This document shows positions 1 through 7,994 of a stretch of DNA of 34,113 nt, piece by piece (positions within the stretch are counted from its first letter, which is position 1; each line of letters begins with the position of its first letter). Below the pieces are notes generated by a model, which worked only from the letters and a program-made list of their open reading frames with translations, had not been told where the DNA came from and ran no database searches. Source of the stretch: Candidatus Zixiibacteriota bacterium (lineage in GTDB: Bacteria > Zixibacteria > MSB-5A5 > WJJR01); contig JAGVEK010000484.1 of assembly GCA_020058315.1 (NCBI GenBank), positions 1-34,113 of the forward strand, in the 5' to 3' direction. Position numbers and translations under genes: made by a program.

Positions 1-3000
1 AACCAGGCACACCCTGCCGCAGCCCGGCTGATCGCGTCGCTTGTTAAGGCTTCCCCGAAGAACACTGTACTTGTCGATGCCGCCATCTCTTGGGTGCGCC
101 AGTGCCCTGAGGATCCAGGAAGTTCCGCGTTACTGGCGACGCTATGCAAGCACAGTCCGTATTCAACATCGTTTATCACAGCTCTTCATGCCTGGGTTGC
201 TATCCGCGGGACTATGGAGAGCGCCTACTGGGTACTCGCCCCTGCTGTAAGGCGTCGCCCTTTTGATCCGGAACTCGTGCGGGCGGCTCTTGATTGGCTC
301 ACTGCGCACCCTCGACACCCCGAAGCCTATTTTCTCCTAGTTCCCTTGGTTAAGAGCCAGCCGCGCGATGAGGCAGTACTCGGCGCGGCCCTCCAATGGC
401 TTAGTGAATTCCCTGCACATCCGCATGCGTTCTGGCCCCTTCTGTTTCTTATCCGCGCGTGGAAGGATCGTCAGCCAGTCCGAGTGCTCTTAGAAGAATG
501 GATCAACGCCAATTGGAATCGAGGTGAGGTGGCACAGGTTTTGAGTGCCTGGCTGGCATCCGGACCCGACGATCCTAGAGTGATCGATACTACTCTCCGA
601 TGGACGTCGGAGCACCCCACTACACCCACGGCTCATCTCGCGATCACGGCTCTGGCCAGGCTCCGCCCACTCGACGCCATGCCCTTTGATCTTGCCGCGT
701 GCTGGCTATCGGCGAACCCTCACGGTACACGCTATGCGGAGTTCTTACGCAACTTGCTCCTCCTAAGCCACGGCGCGCCGCGGTGGGTTGAGCGGGCCGA
801 GGCCTATCTAGGAGCGCGAGATGCGAAAGGAGCTCATAGAGTGCTGGCAGCTCTCTTACGCACAGAATACTGCAAGCCAGAGTACATAGCATTGGTCATC
901 GACTGGCGCGGAGGCCTACCTAGACGAACGCGAGACTTTTTGCTCTCTGAACTTGCGGGTGCGCTTGTCCATCACCCTGCCAGCACCGCGGAGTACTTCT
1001 GTACTGTTCGCAGCACACATGAGCGGCGCGTGGCAGCTGAAGCTCTCGCCTGTGGCTTTAGCCGATACCCTCACATGATCCATCTTTTCTTCATCGACGG
1101 CATTCCGCTCATGCCGATTTCCGACATTTGCAGAGTGCTCAGATACTTCTCGGCATTCGGGTTCGCGAGCGATCAACTGGATTTTCAACTCATTGCGTGG
1201 CTCCGGAAACACTGCCGGCAAAATGGGTATATCGTGGTTTTGCATATCTTGCACGACGATGTCGAATGGTGGAACCGATTACTGCGCACCGGAGCCGTTC
1301 CACCTATTGTGATCAGAGACTTTCGGCGGTCCGGACGCGAGTCGCCAGTCCAATATGTGAGCAAGCCACCAATTAGGCGCGCAGATCTCTACGCAGAGAA
1401 TCTCAAATGGCTTGAACAAGAGGCGCCCGATCAAGAATCATGGCCATACGTTTGGTATGGCGCTAGTGTGCACCGCCCTAAAGGGATTCCATTTAATCGA
1501 CTGAGTACGCTTGGCCTGCAATGGATTCGCCAAGCATCACCAACTGATGCGGCATGGGGCTATGTGTGGATCTCTCTGTTTGAGCTTGCGCTGGAGCCGC
1601 ACGAGCATATCCTACTCCGACAGTATGGTATGCAATGGCTGCAAGAAGCTCCATCCAAACATCCGGCGTGGGGTCGCATCTGGTGCTTGCTTTGGGACAA
1701 GAGAAGCGATCCGACGATGGCAACGGCGCTGAAGCAAGTTGCTTTATGTTGGTTGAGTGATACATCGAAAGCGCACATGGCGTGGAGCTTCGTATGGGCG
1801 GCCTTATGGGCTGAGGGATCGGGGGACACCGCTCGAGCCGTACTGCAACATCTGGCCATGGCGTGGCTGGAGGGTGTCCGGCCAACTCACCTTGGGTGGG
1901 GCCATGTTTGGCGCCACCTGTGGCAGGGCGTTGCGTGCCTTGATGATTGCAAGCAGCTCACAGCGTGGGGAAAGACATGGCTTTTGAAGACCTTGCTCCG
2001 ACACCCTTCTTGGCCGCACGTGTGGCACGAATTGTGGCTCACTGGGCTTGATGAGACGGAACGGCTGCACCTGGGGAGGCTGGCTGATGAGTGGCTACGT
2101 GGCGAGACGATGGAACACGTCTCGTGGGCTTTTGTGTGGCGAGACAGGTGGCGAAACGCGGAATCAGAGGCGGCGCGCGAGGCACTCGCAGAGACGGGGA
2201 TGAATTGGCTCTCTGGGGATCTGGGTACTGGAACGTCATGGTTTTTGGTGTGGAAAGAACTGCGAGGGAGTACCCACCGCCGCCAAGCCACGTTGTCGCC
2301 CTTCGCGCTCGACTGGCTCGAACGAACGCCGGTCGGCCACCATGATTGGGGCTTGGTGTGGCAGGAACTGTGGAAAGAGGAGCCCGGCGTAGACAAGACC
2401 ACACTTTCAAACATCGGCAGGAAATGGCTCAGGGAGGTCCGCTACGATCACGTCTCGTGGCACTACGTTTGGTCGGTGCTTCAAGCTGTGGAGCAACGTG
2501 AAGGGCAACTGGCAGAGCACATAGCACTGGCAAGAAGATGGATTCAGCGGACACCTGCGGATCATAACTCTTGGGTCTACATGTGGAGAGATTTGTGGGA
2601 TCACACACCGAGCGGTGCGCAAAGAGACGATCTGGTCGCGGCTGGAGTGCGGTGGCTGAAACATGCGCCCGCGGAACATCAGTCCTGGGAGTTTGTTTGG
2701 AAGACACTTTGGGAATTATTCGCGCTGACTCACAAAGAGAGAATGCGATTAGAGGCGATCGCTGTCGGGTGGCTGAAACGGGTACCGGCTGAGCATCATT
2801 CATGGCAGTACGTCTGGAAAAGCCTGCGGATTGCAAGTACGGGACGGAATCGGGAGAAGGAATTGGATTGCCTTGGGATGGAGTGGCTTCGGACGGTATC
2901 ACACAGTCACAAATCCTGGCCGTTTGTTTGGCACGACCTTTCGGCCGATCGACCTAGCGAGGCGCTTCGAGAATTAGGGGAAGGCTGGGTGCTGAGTGAG

Positions 3001-3174
3001 CCTGTTGATCGAACCGGCCTAGGAATGGTGTTGGCTGCGATCATTCGGACAGGTACGGCATCTCACAGTCTATTGGAGCTCGCGGACCGATATCTCGCAA
3101 CGGTAGATCGGCAGCGCGAGTCGTGGAAACTGGTCAGTAACGCGCGCGAGAGTGTAGTTGGACAGATTCGCTGA
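1..3174 (+). CDS. Large alpha-solenoid repeat protein, 5'-truncated by the window; HEAT-like repeats followed by Trp-rich ~38-aa repeats
   Basis: The frame of ORF 94..3174 is open back to base 1 (NQAHPAAARLIASLVKASPKNTVLVDAAISWVRQ...). The N-half has 'ALxWLxxxPxHPxAxxxL' repeats. The C-half has 14 copies of W[LI]x9Wxx[VIM]W. Confidence 0.85.
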   Translation, partial: NQAHPAAARLIASLVKASPKNTVLVDAAISWVRQCPEDPGSSALLATLCKHSPYSTSFITALHAWVAIRGTMESAYWVLAPAVRRRPFDPELVRAALDWLTAHPRHPEAYFLLVPLVKSQPRDEAVLGAALQWLSEFPAHPHAFWPLLFLIRAWKDRQPVRVLLEEWINANWNRGEVAQVLSAWLASGPDDPRVIDTTLRWTSEHPTTPTAHLAITALARLRPLDAMPFDLAACWLSANPHGTRYAEFLRNLLLLSHGAPRWVERAEAYLGARDAKGAHRVLAALLRTEYCKPEYIALVIDWRGGLPRRTRDFLLSELAGALVHHPASTAEYFCTVRSTHERRVAAEALACGFSRYPHMIHLFFIDGIPLMPISDICRVLRYFSAFGFASDQLDFQLIAWLRKHCRQNGYIVVLHILHDDVEWWNRLLRTGAVPPIVIRDFRRSGRESPVQYVSKPPIRRADLYAENLKWLEQEAPDQESWPYVWYGASVHRPKGIPFNRLSTLGLQWIRQASPTDAAWGYVWISLFELALEPHEHILLRQYGMQWLQEAPSKHPAWGRIWCLLWDKRSDPTMATALKQVALCWLSDTSKAHMAWSFVWAALWAEGSGDTARAVLQHLAMAWLEGVRPTHLGWGHVWRHLWQGVACLDDCKQLTAWGKTWLLKTLLRHPSWPHVWHELWLTGLDETERLHLGRLADEWLRGETMEHVSWAFVWRDRWRNAESEAAREALAETGMNWLSGDLGTGTSWFLVWKELRGSTHRRQATLSPFALDWLERTPVGHHDWGLVWQELWKEEPGVDKTTLSNIGRKWLREVRYDHVSWHYVWSVLQAVEQREGQLAEHIALARRWIQRTPADHNSWVYMWRDLWDHTPSGAQRDDLVAAGVRWLKHAPAEHQSWEFVWKTLWELFALTHKERMRLEAIAVGWLKRVPAEHHSWQYVWKSLRIASTGRNREKELDCLGMEWLRTVSHSHKSWPFVWHDLSADRPSEALRELGEGWVLSEPVDRTGLGMVLAAIIRTGTASHSLLELADRYLATVDRQRESWKLVSNARESVVGQIR
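1408..2940 (+). repeat. 14 tandem ~38-aa Trp-rich protein repeats
   Basis: Examples: WLQEAPSKHPAWGRIW, WLKHAPAEHQSWEFVW, WLKRVPAEHHSWQYVW, WLRTVSHSHKSWPFVW. Period counted as 38 aa. Confidence 0.9.
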
Positions 3175-3333
3175 CAATAATCGAACATCTCTCGTTCGTG
3201 TTTGGCGATATTCGCTTACGCCGCGGTCGGCGCGCCGACGTTGGAACTGGAGGTACAGTACATAAGTAGACCTGCGCTGATTCGGGACAAAGGTTGATTC
3301 CACTCGATTGGCCGCCATGAAACGATGTGAGGT

Positions 3334-3365
3334 TGGCGGTTCGCATTTTTTCAAGTGAACCGCCA
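3334..3365 (+). promoter_or_regulatory. Conserved palindrome/hairpin copy 1 (TGGCGGTTCGC-N10-GTGAACCGCCA)
   Basis: Inverted repeat with a T-rich spacer, upstream of an RBS. Same motif at 6250 and 7073. Confidence 0.7.
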
Positions 3366-3506
3366 TCTGAGCGGTCGTCGGAGGACCTGAAGATGACGCA
3401 ACAAGAGATTGAGGAATTAGCGAGGACCGTCGCGAAGCTGATCCGCAACAGCGCCGAGGTGCGGCAGACAATCTGAGGCTGCGCGTGCCAGTGCCCAAAT
3501 CTAACC
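3334..3506 (+). repeat. Direct repeat copy 1 (palindrome + RBS + small ORF), paralogous to 6250-6421
   Basis: Shares TGGCGGTTCGC...GAACCGCCA, GGAGGA, ATGACGCAACAAGA and CGAAGCTGATCCGCAACAGCGCCGAGGTGCGGCAG with the 6250 copy. Confidence 0.92.
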
Positions 3507-3509
3507 TGA
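3393..3509 (+). pseudogene. Disrupted copy of the 41-aa CxCxC peptide gene
   Basis: MTQQEIEELARTVAKLIRNSAEVRQTI*GCACQCPNLT*. TGA at 3474-3476 aligns to TGG (Trp) of the intact copy at 6308. Confidence 0.75.
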
Positions 3510-3553
3510 GGAGGAATCAATCCACGAGGGAGTAAAGCTCGTGGTCGCCTTTC

Positions 3554-4087
3554 TCAAGCGAAGCGATCGATTGCGAAGATCTCGGATCCTGTTTTCCGCT
3601 GGGAATCGGCCACAGGCGAGATCAACTCGCCCGCAGCGGGGTATCCAACCGGCATGAGAGCGACCACCTTTGCCTGCCGTGGAACGCAGAGCAGTTTCTT
3701 GATTTCCAGCTCGTCGAACGCGCCGATCCAACACATCCCTAGGCCCTCAGCCACGGCCGCCAAGGCGAGATGATCGAGCGCGATGGTCACGTCGATGTCC
3801 ACGCTGTTTCCGGAGCCGCCCATGGTCTGGTATGCCTGGTGCGGCAGCCCACACCCCACCACGATCAGCGGCGCGTCGGCGATGAAAAGCTGCTCCTGCG
3901 CCGCCTGAGCAAGCCTCTGTCGAATCTGCGGATCGAAGACGAAGATGAACCGCCAAGGCTGAAGGTTGCAGGCCGACGGAGCAAACCGCAACGCTTGGCG
4001 CAAACGATCCAGGATCTCCGGCGGGATCGCCTTGGACGCATACGCTCGGACGCTTCGCCGCATGCGAATCGCTTCGAGTACGTTCAT
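3554..4087 (-). CDS. Nitroreductase family protein
   Basis: MNVLEAIRMRRSVRAY, APSACNLQPWRF, AVAEGLGMCWIGAF and VGYP motifs. GGAGGAA RBS before the ATG at 4087. Confidence 0.93.
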   Translation of the reverse strand: MNVLEAIRMRRSVRAYASKAIPPEILDRLRQALRFAPSACNLQPWRFIFVFDPQIRQRLAQAAQEQLFIADAPLIVVGCGLPHQAYQTMGGSGNSVDIDVTIALDHLALAAVAEGLGMCWIGAFDELEIKKLLCVPRQAKVVALMPVGYPAAGELISPVADSQRKTGSEIFAIDRFA

Positions 4088-4118
4088 GAGGTTCCTCCAC
4101 GAGAGGGCGACATCCGAC

Positions 4119-4147
4119 AGTATACCCCATTCGGTTTGCGCGTAGAA
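4119..4147 (-). promoter_or_regulatory. Putative sigma70-type promoter for the nitroreductase
   Basis: TTCTAC-N17-TATACT on the minus strand in the divergent intergenic gap. Confidence 0.35.
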
Positions 4148-4246
4148 AACAGCAGCCGCCGAGCAGATGGAAGTTGGCAAGGCGATCGCTGGGTTGGAAC
4201 AACATGGCAGCCAATCCGTACAATAAGCCGCGGAAGGGCAGCTGAC

Positions 4247-5143
4247 GTGAACGTACCCGTCGTCTATCACGCGGATTACTACGCGGACATCGGCGCCCAC
4301 GTTTTTCCCACCAGGAAGTTTTCGCTCGTCCTCGAAGCGATTCAGAGGAACGTTGGCGAAATAATGGGATGTCTTCGCCAGCCCTCGCCCGCAACGCGCG
4401 AGCAACTCCTGCGCATACACGCGCCCGAGTACCTAGCGGATCTGGACGGTTGTCGCTGGACGCCGCGAACCTCGTTCTCGGAATTGCCGCTGACCAAGGA
4501 GATCGTCGACGCCTATTACCTGATGGCTGGTGGAACGTGCCTGGCGGCAAGCCTTGCCTGCCAACATGGCGGTGCGATGAACCTGGGCGGTGGGTTCCAC
4601 CACGCCTTCGCAGACCGGGCAGAGGGGTTCTGTTACGTCAACGACGTTGCCATCGCGGTGCGTGAGATTCAGGCGCAGAGGCTCGTCGAGCGCGTGGCCG
4701 TCATCGACACCGACCTGCACCAGGGCAACGGCACAGCGCGGATCTTTCGGGGCGACCCGCAAGTCTTTACCTTTTCGATTCACCAGGAGGATCTTTATCC
4801 CCTCAAGGAGCAGAGCAGCTTGGACATCGGGCTGGAAGACGGAACGGAGGACGACGAGTACCTCACGAAGCTACGCCAAGGGCTGGATGTTGTCTTTGGG
4901 CAGTTCAAGCCGCAATTCGTGATGTACGTCGGCGGCGTGGATCCCTACAAGGACGATCGGCTCGGCTCATTACAACTCACCAAGGCAGGAATCAAGCAGC
5001 GCGACACGATGGTCTTCCGGAGATGTCGCGATCACGGCGTTCCCGTTGTGGCCGTGCTTGCGGGCGGCTACGCGGCCGATGTCGGGGACACGGTTGAAAT
5101 GCACGCCAACACCTACCTGGCGTTGCGAGGAACTCTCGGCTGA
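4247..5143 (+). CDS. Histone deacetylase family (Zn-dependent amidohydrolase, class IV/HDAC11-like)
   Basis: GGGFHHA, GFCYVND, IDTDLHQGNGT, SIHQ, GVDPYKDDRLG and AGGY motifs. GTG start at 4247 after GGAAGG. Confidence 0.93.
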   Translation: MNVPVVYHADYYADIGAHVFPTRKFSLVLEAIQRNVGEIMGCLRQPSPATREQLLRIHAPEYLADLDGCRWTPRTSFSELPLTKEIVDAYYLMAGGTCLAASLACQHGGAMNLGGGFHHAFADRAEGFCYVNDVAIAVREIQAQRLVERVAVIDTDLHQGNGTARIFRGDPQVFTFSIHQEDLYPLKEQSSLDIGLEDGTEDDEYLTKLRQGLDVVFGQFKPQFVMYVGGVDPYKDDRLGSLQLTKAGIKQRDTMVFRRCRDHGVPVVAVLAGGYAADVGDTVEMHANTYLALRGTLG

Positions 5144-5287
5144 GCCCGCGGCGATTGGATGTTGCCCGACCAAATCCGTTGCGATCAGCGGGCAAATTCG
5201 TTTTCGATACTCAGTACATACCGTTTCTCGCCCGCATCGGCGTCCCATTGCCTGGCAGACCCGCAGTGCAGGCAGTCAGAGCACAGG

Positions 5288-6178
5288 TCAGTTTGGTGTC
5301 AGGGCGAACGCCCAAGCGACCGCAAGAATCGTCAAAGCGGCGCCTCCGAATATGAGCTGTGCTCGCAGTTGAGACCATGCGCGGTCGGCTCTTTCGCCGA
5401 GAGCGCCAACTAGAGCGCCACACAGGAAGCCAAACACGTGGGCGCCGACATCGGTGCGCCCGCCGCCAGTACCTAGGAGGCTGAGCAGGAGGGCGCCCCC
5501 GACGATCGGCGCCCATTTTTCCATTCGTGAGGTGCGCAGCCATCTGTTTTGTCGCCAAGCATGCCCCGCAAGCAACCCCAAGGCAGCGAAGACGGCAGTC
5601 GAAGCGCCGATAGAAGCGTGGCCGGCGGGGTGCAGCCAAGCATTGAGAAGATTGCCCAAGGCGCCTCCGATGAGGATGCCAAACCAGGCGCGGCCCGAAC
5701 CAAACGAACGGCCAGCGAACAGCCCGACGAGACCGCCGATGATGACGTTCCCAATCAAGTGCACAAGGTCGGCGTGCAAGGTCAGAGCGGTTACCGTCAG
5801 CCACCACTGTCCCTGTCGGATGAGGCCTGCCTGTGCCGTGCCTGCTTCAAGCCAATCCACACCAAATGAATGCTGCTGCTGCCACACGGCTACGATCGAT
5901 AGCACCGTGGCATAGCACAACACGCCGGCCCACCCGTTGGCCGGCCTTGGAACCGTAAAACGAGCCGTCGGCCAATCACGATTCTCTGATGCGTAGGCAT
6001 CGAGTTCCGCGCGGCTCCGATCCGCATCCGAAGCAGCAACCAAGATGATGAGCTCACCTGCTTCTGGACGAACCTCGTGCGCGATCCCAGCCGCCCCAAG
6101 CACAAGGGCATGCTCGCGGCAATCCGTTTGATTCGGCGAACGGTAGACGATTCCCCACTCAAAACGCGAGTCGGCCAT
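5288..6178 (-). CDS. Rhomboid family intramembrane serine protease with small soluble N-terminal domain
   Basis: HADLVHLIGN, GAS catalytic motif (IGASTAVF), AHVFGF catalytic His, multiple TM segments. Confidence 0.92.
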   Translation of the reverse strand: MADSRFEWGIVYRSPNQTDCREHALVLGAAGIAHEVRPEAGELIILVAASDADRSRAELDAYASENRDWPTARFTVPRPANGWAGVLCYATVLSIVAVWQQQHSFGVDWLEAGTAQAGLIRQGQWWLTVTALTLHADLVHLIGNVIIGGLVGLFAGRSFGSGRAWFGILIGGALGNLLNAWLHPAGHASIGASTAVFAALGLLAGHAWRQNRWLRTSRMEKWAPIVGGALLLSLLGTGGGRTDVGAHVFGFLCGALVGALGERADRAWSQLRAQLIFGGAALTILAVAWAFALTPN

Positions 6179-6249
6179 ACCCAGCGATTCTATCGACCAT
6201 GCGGAAGGCTACGTAGGGGCTGCGTGGAATCGCGCAGGGTTAGGTACAT

Positions 6250-6282
6250 TGGCGGTTCGCCTTGTTTTTGAGCGAACCGCCA
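6250..6282 (+). promoter_or_regulatory. Conserved palindrome/hairpin copy 2 (TGGCGGTTCGC-N11-GCGAACCGCCA)
   Basis: Perfect 11-bp inverted repeat, T-rich spacer, about 25 nt upstream of ATG 6308. Confidence 0.72.
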
Positions 6283-6421
6283 CAAGTGGTCGCTGGAGGA
6301 ACTGAATATGACGCAACAAGAAAGCGAAGAGTTCGCAAAGCTCATCACGAAGCTGATCCGCAACAGCGCCGAGGTGCGGCAGGCGATCTGGGACTGCGCG
6401 TGCCAATGCCCGAACCTAACC
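6250..6421 (+). repeat. Direct repeat copy 2 (intact)
   Basis: Aligns by eye with 3334-3506. Confidence 0.92.
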
Positions 6422-6433
6422 GTGGAGTACTGA
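6308..6433 (+). CDS. 41-aa peptide with C-terminal CxCxC motif (not in ORF track)
   Basis: MTQQESEEFAKLITKLIRNSAEVRQAIWDCACQCPNLTVEY. GGAGGA RBS. The paralog at 3393 conserves the reading frame. Confidence 0.75.
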   Translation: MTQQESEEFAKLITKLIRNSAEVRQAIWDCACQCPNLTVEY

Positions 6434-6442
6434 GGTGGGAGC

Positions 6443-6682
6443 ATGGATCGAAACGAGGCGGAGCAGCTCGCCTGGAAGATTCTTGGCGAGGTCGAAGAAA
6501 CGATGAGTGGGGATGGCGTTGCCGTTTTTTCAGGCGAAGGCCATCACGGCATCAAGGTGAGGGCCTTCTTCGAGGACCGGGAGTATAGCGCCTTGGAGAA
6601 CACGATTGTCAGGATTCTGCTGGAGGCAATGAAGGTTCAAGCGGTCCTGCAGGCCCAGTCGTTGGACGGGCACGACTTGTAG
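6443..6682 (+). CDS. Small acidic hypothetical protein, one copy of the domain repeated in 7135-7722
   Basis: GAGGTGGGAG RBS. EYSALENTIVRILLE resembles EYYALEDGVVEILME in the 7135 protein. Confidence 0.75.
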   Translation: MDRNEAEQLAWKILGEVEETMSGDGVAVFSGEGHHGIKVRAFFEDREYSALENTIVRILLEAMKVQAVLQAQSLDGHDL

Positions 6683-6775
6683 GGGAGCGAGGATGAGCGG
6701 GGAAACAGCGCGGGATCGAAAGAACTGATCGGGCGAGCTCACGTCGATCGCCTTGACGTGCGGAGGCGATCGAAC

Positions 6776-6991
6776 ATGACGAAAACAGAAGAGAATTCAG
6801 AATCAGCCACACGGTGTGAGAACTGCGGTGGTACGGTCTTTTTGGTTGATGAAACCTGCACGCATGTCGAGATCGACGGCGAGATCGTGAAAACCTACGC
6901 CAGCGACTTGTGCAATCGGAATTGCATGCGGTGTGTCTACCCCGAGGTGTATCGGGACCATTTTGGGGATCCGGAAGCGTGGCCCGACTGA
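6776..6991 (+). CDS. Small Zn-ribbon-like protein (CxxC...CxxC)
   Basis: GGAGG RBS then MTKTEE...RCENCGG...NCMRC. Confidence 0.7.
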   Translation: MTKTEENSESATRCENCGGTVFLVDETCTHVEIDGEIVKTYASDLCNRNCMRCVYPEVYRDHFGDPEAWPD

Positions 6992-7072
6992 TGTCGTGGG
7001 GTACACGTACCCCGCGGACGCCTCTGAAAAGATCATCAGTCGTCATGGTCAGACGATGGAAGATTCAGTTCA

Positions 7073-7104
7073 GGCGGTTCGCCTTTTTTTCGGGCGAACC
7101 GCCA
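7073..7104 (+). promoter_or_regulatory. Conserved palindrome/hairpin copy 3 (GGCGGTTCGC-N11-GCGAACCGCCA)
   Basis: Same arms and T-rich spacer as copies 1 and 2, about 30 nt upstream of ATG 7135. Confidence 0.72.
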
Positions 7105-7134
7105 ATAGGGAGGGGTTTGCCGGAGGATGAAAAC

Positions 7135-7722
7135 ATGGACGAAGAAAGAGCGTATGAAATCGCCCTTCGGATTCGTGACGAGTTCGAGGATTTACTGGAC
7201 GAGAAAAACATCACGATTCCGTCGGCGGATCGGGAAGGCGCGCCGGGCGAGGCACGTCTGTACGGAGAAGAGAACTTGCGGTTGGTTGATTCGATCGTGG
7301 AATTGTTGATCAAGCATGCAGATGAGATCACTTTGCAAGGAGACATTGACGATTCAAGCCATCCCCTGCGCGAACTTGCCATCCTGCTTTGTGACGAATT
7401 TGAGGATTTGCTGGACGACAAAAGCATCATGATCCCCTCTGCGGATCGTGAAGGGCGTGCGGAGGAAGCCTGTCTGTACGGGTCGGAGTATTACGCGCTT
7501 GAGGATGGCGTCGTCGAGATCCTAATGGAGGAACTCGCTGCTGGCGCGAAACGGGAAGACGCCGCGGAAATCTGCGCGGAGGCGCGGGAAACGGTCGAGG
7601 CGATGCAGAAAGCGATGGCGACGGCACCAGAAGGGTTGACGAGGATCGGCTCAGCCGGAGTGGGCGCGCGCATGATGCCGGGGCAACCGGCCTCAGAACA
7701 CGGCAACGAGTCGGTGAGGTGA
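7135..7722 (+). CDS. Highly acidic protein with an internal duplicated ~51-aa domain
   Basis: GGAGG RBS then MDEERAY. Repeats DEFEDLLDEKNITIPSADREG...LYG and DEFEDLLDDKSIMIPSADREG...LYG. Confidence 0.85.
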   Translation: MDEERAYEIALRIRDEFEDLLDEKNITIPSADREGAPGEARLYGEENLRLVDSIVELLIKHADEITLQGDIDDSSHPLRELAILLCDEFEDLLDDKSIMIPSADREGRAEEACLYGSEYYALEDGVVEILMEELAAGAKREDAAEICAEARETVEAMQKAMATAPEGLTRIGSAGVGARMMPGQPASEHGNESVR

Positions 7723-7727
7723 TCGGA

Positions 7728-7994
7728 ATGGCAGACCGTGAACACACTATCACGTTGACTTTGTGCGAAGGCGATTTCGAGATGTCGATGGGGCGCAAGC
7801 CGCGTGGCGATGAGGAGTTCGAAGAGTGGGCCTATCTGTGCGAGAAGGGAATGCTCAACGGGCACATTGATTGGGATGTTTTGTATCAATGTGCGAAAGA
7901 GGCGATGCCCGTGGGTGCGGACCAATCGGTTCTTGGCTCCTCAGCCGACCAGCGAAGGAAACCAAAAACAAATCCTTCGGAGGCAGCACCATGA
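7728..7994 (+). CDS. Small acidic hypothetical protein
   Basis: GAGGTGATC RBS. The stop overlaps the next ATG (ATGA). Confidence 0.75.
   Translation: MADREHTITLTLCEGDFEMSMGRKPRGDEEFEEWAYLCEKGMLNGHIDWDVLYQCAKEAMPVGADQSVLGSSADQRRKPKTNPSEAAP

Noticed and set aside
3474-3476. TGA read-through (selenocysteine or alternative genetic code) in the 3393 ORF
   Set aside because: It aligns to Trp rather than Cys, TGA is the normal stop for many genes in the window, and the copy is also broken at its 3' end.
3770-4420. Long overlapping N-terminal extensions of the HDAC (from 3770) and nitroreductase (from 4420) ORFs
   Set aside because: Family motifs and RBSs place starts at 4247 and 4087; the extensions are antisense shadows of each other.
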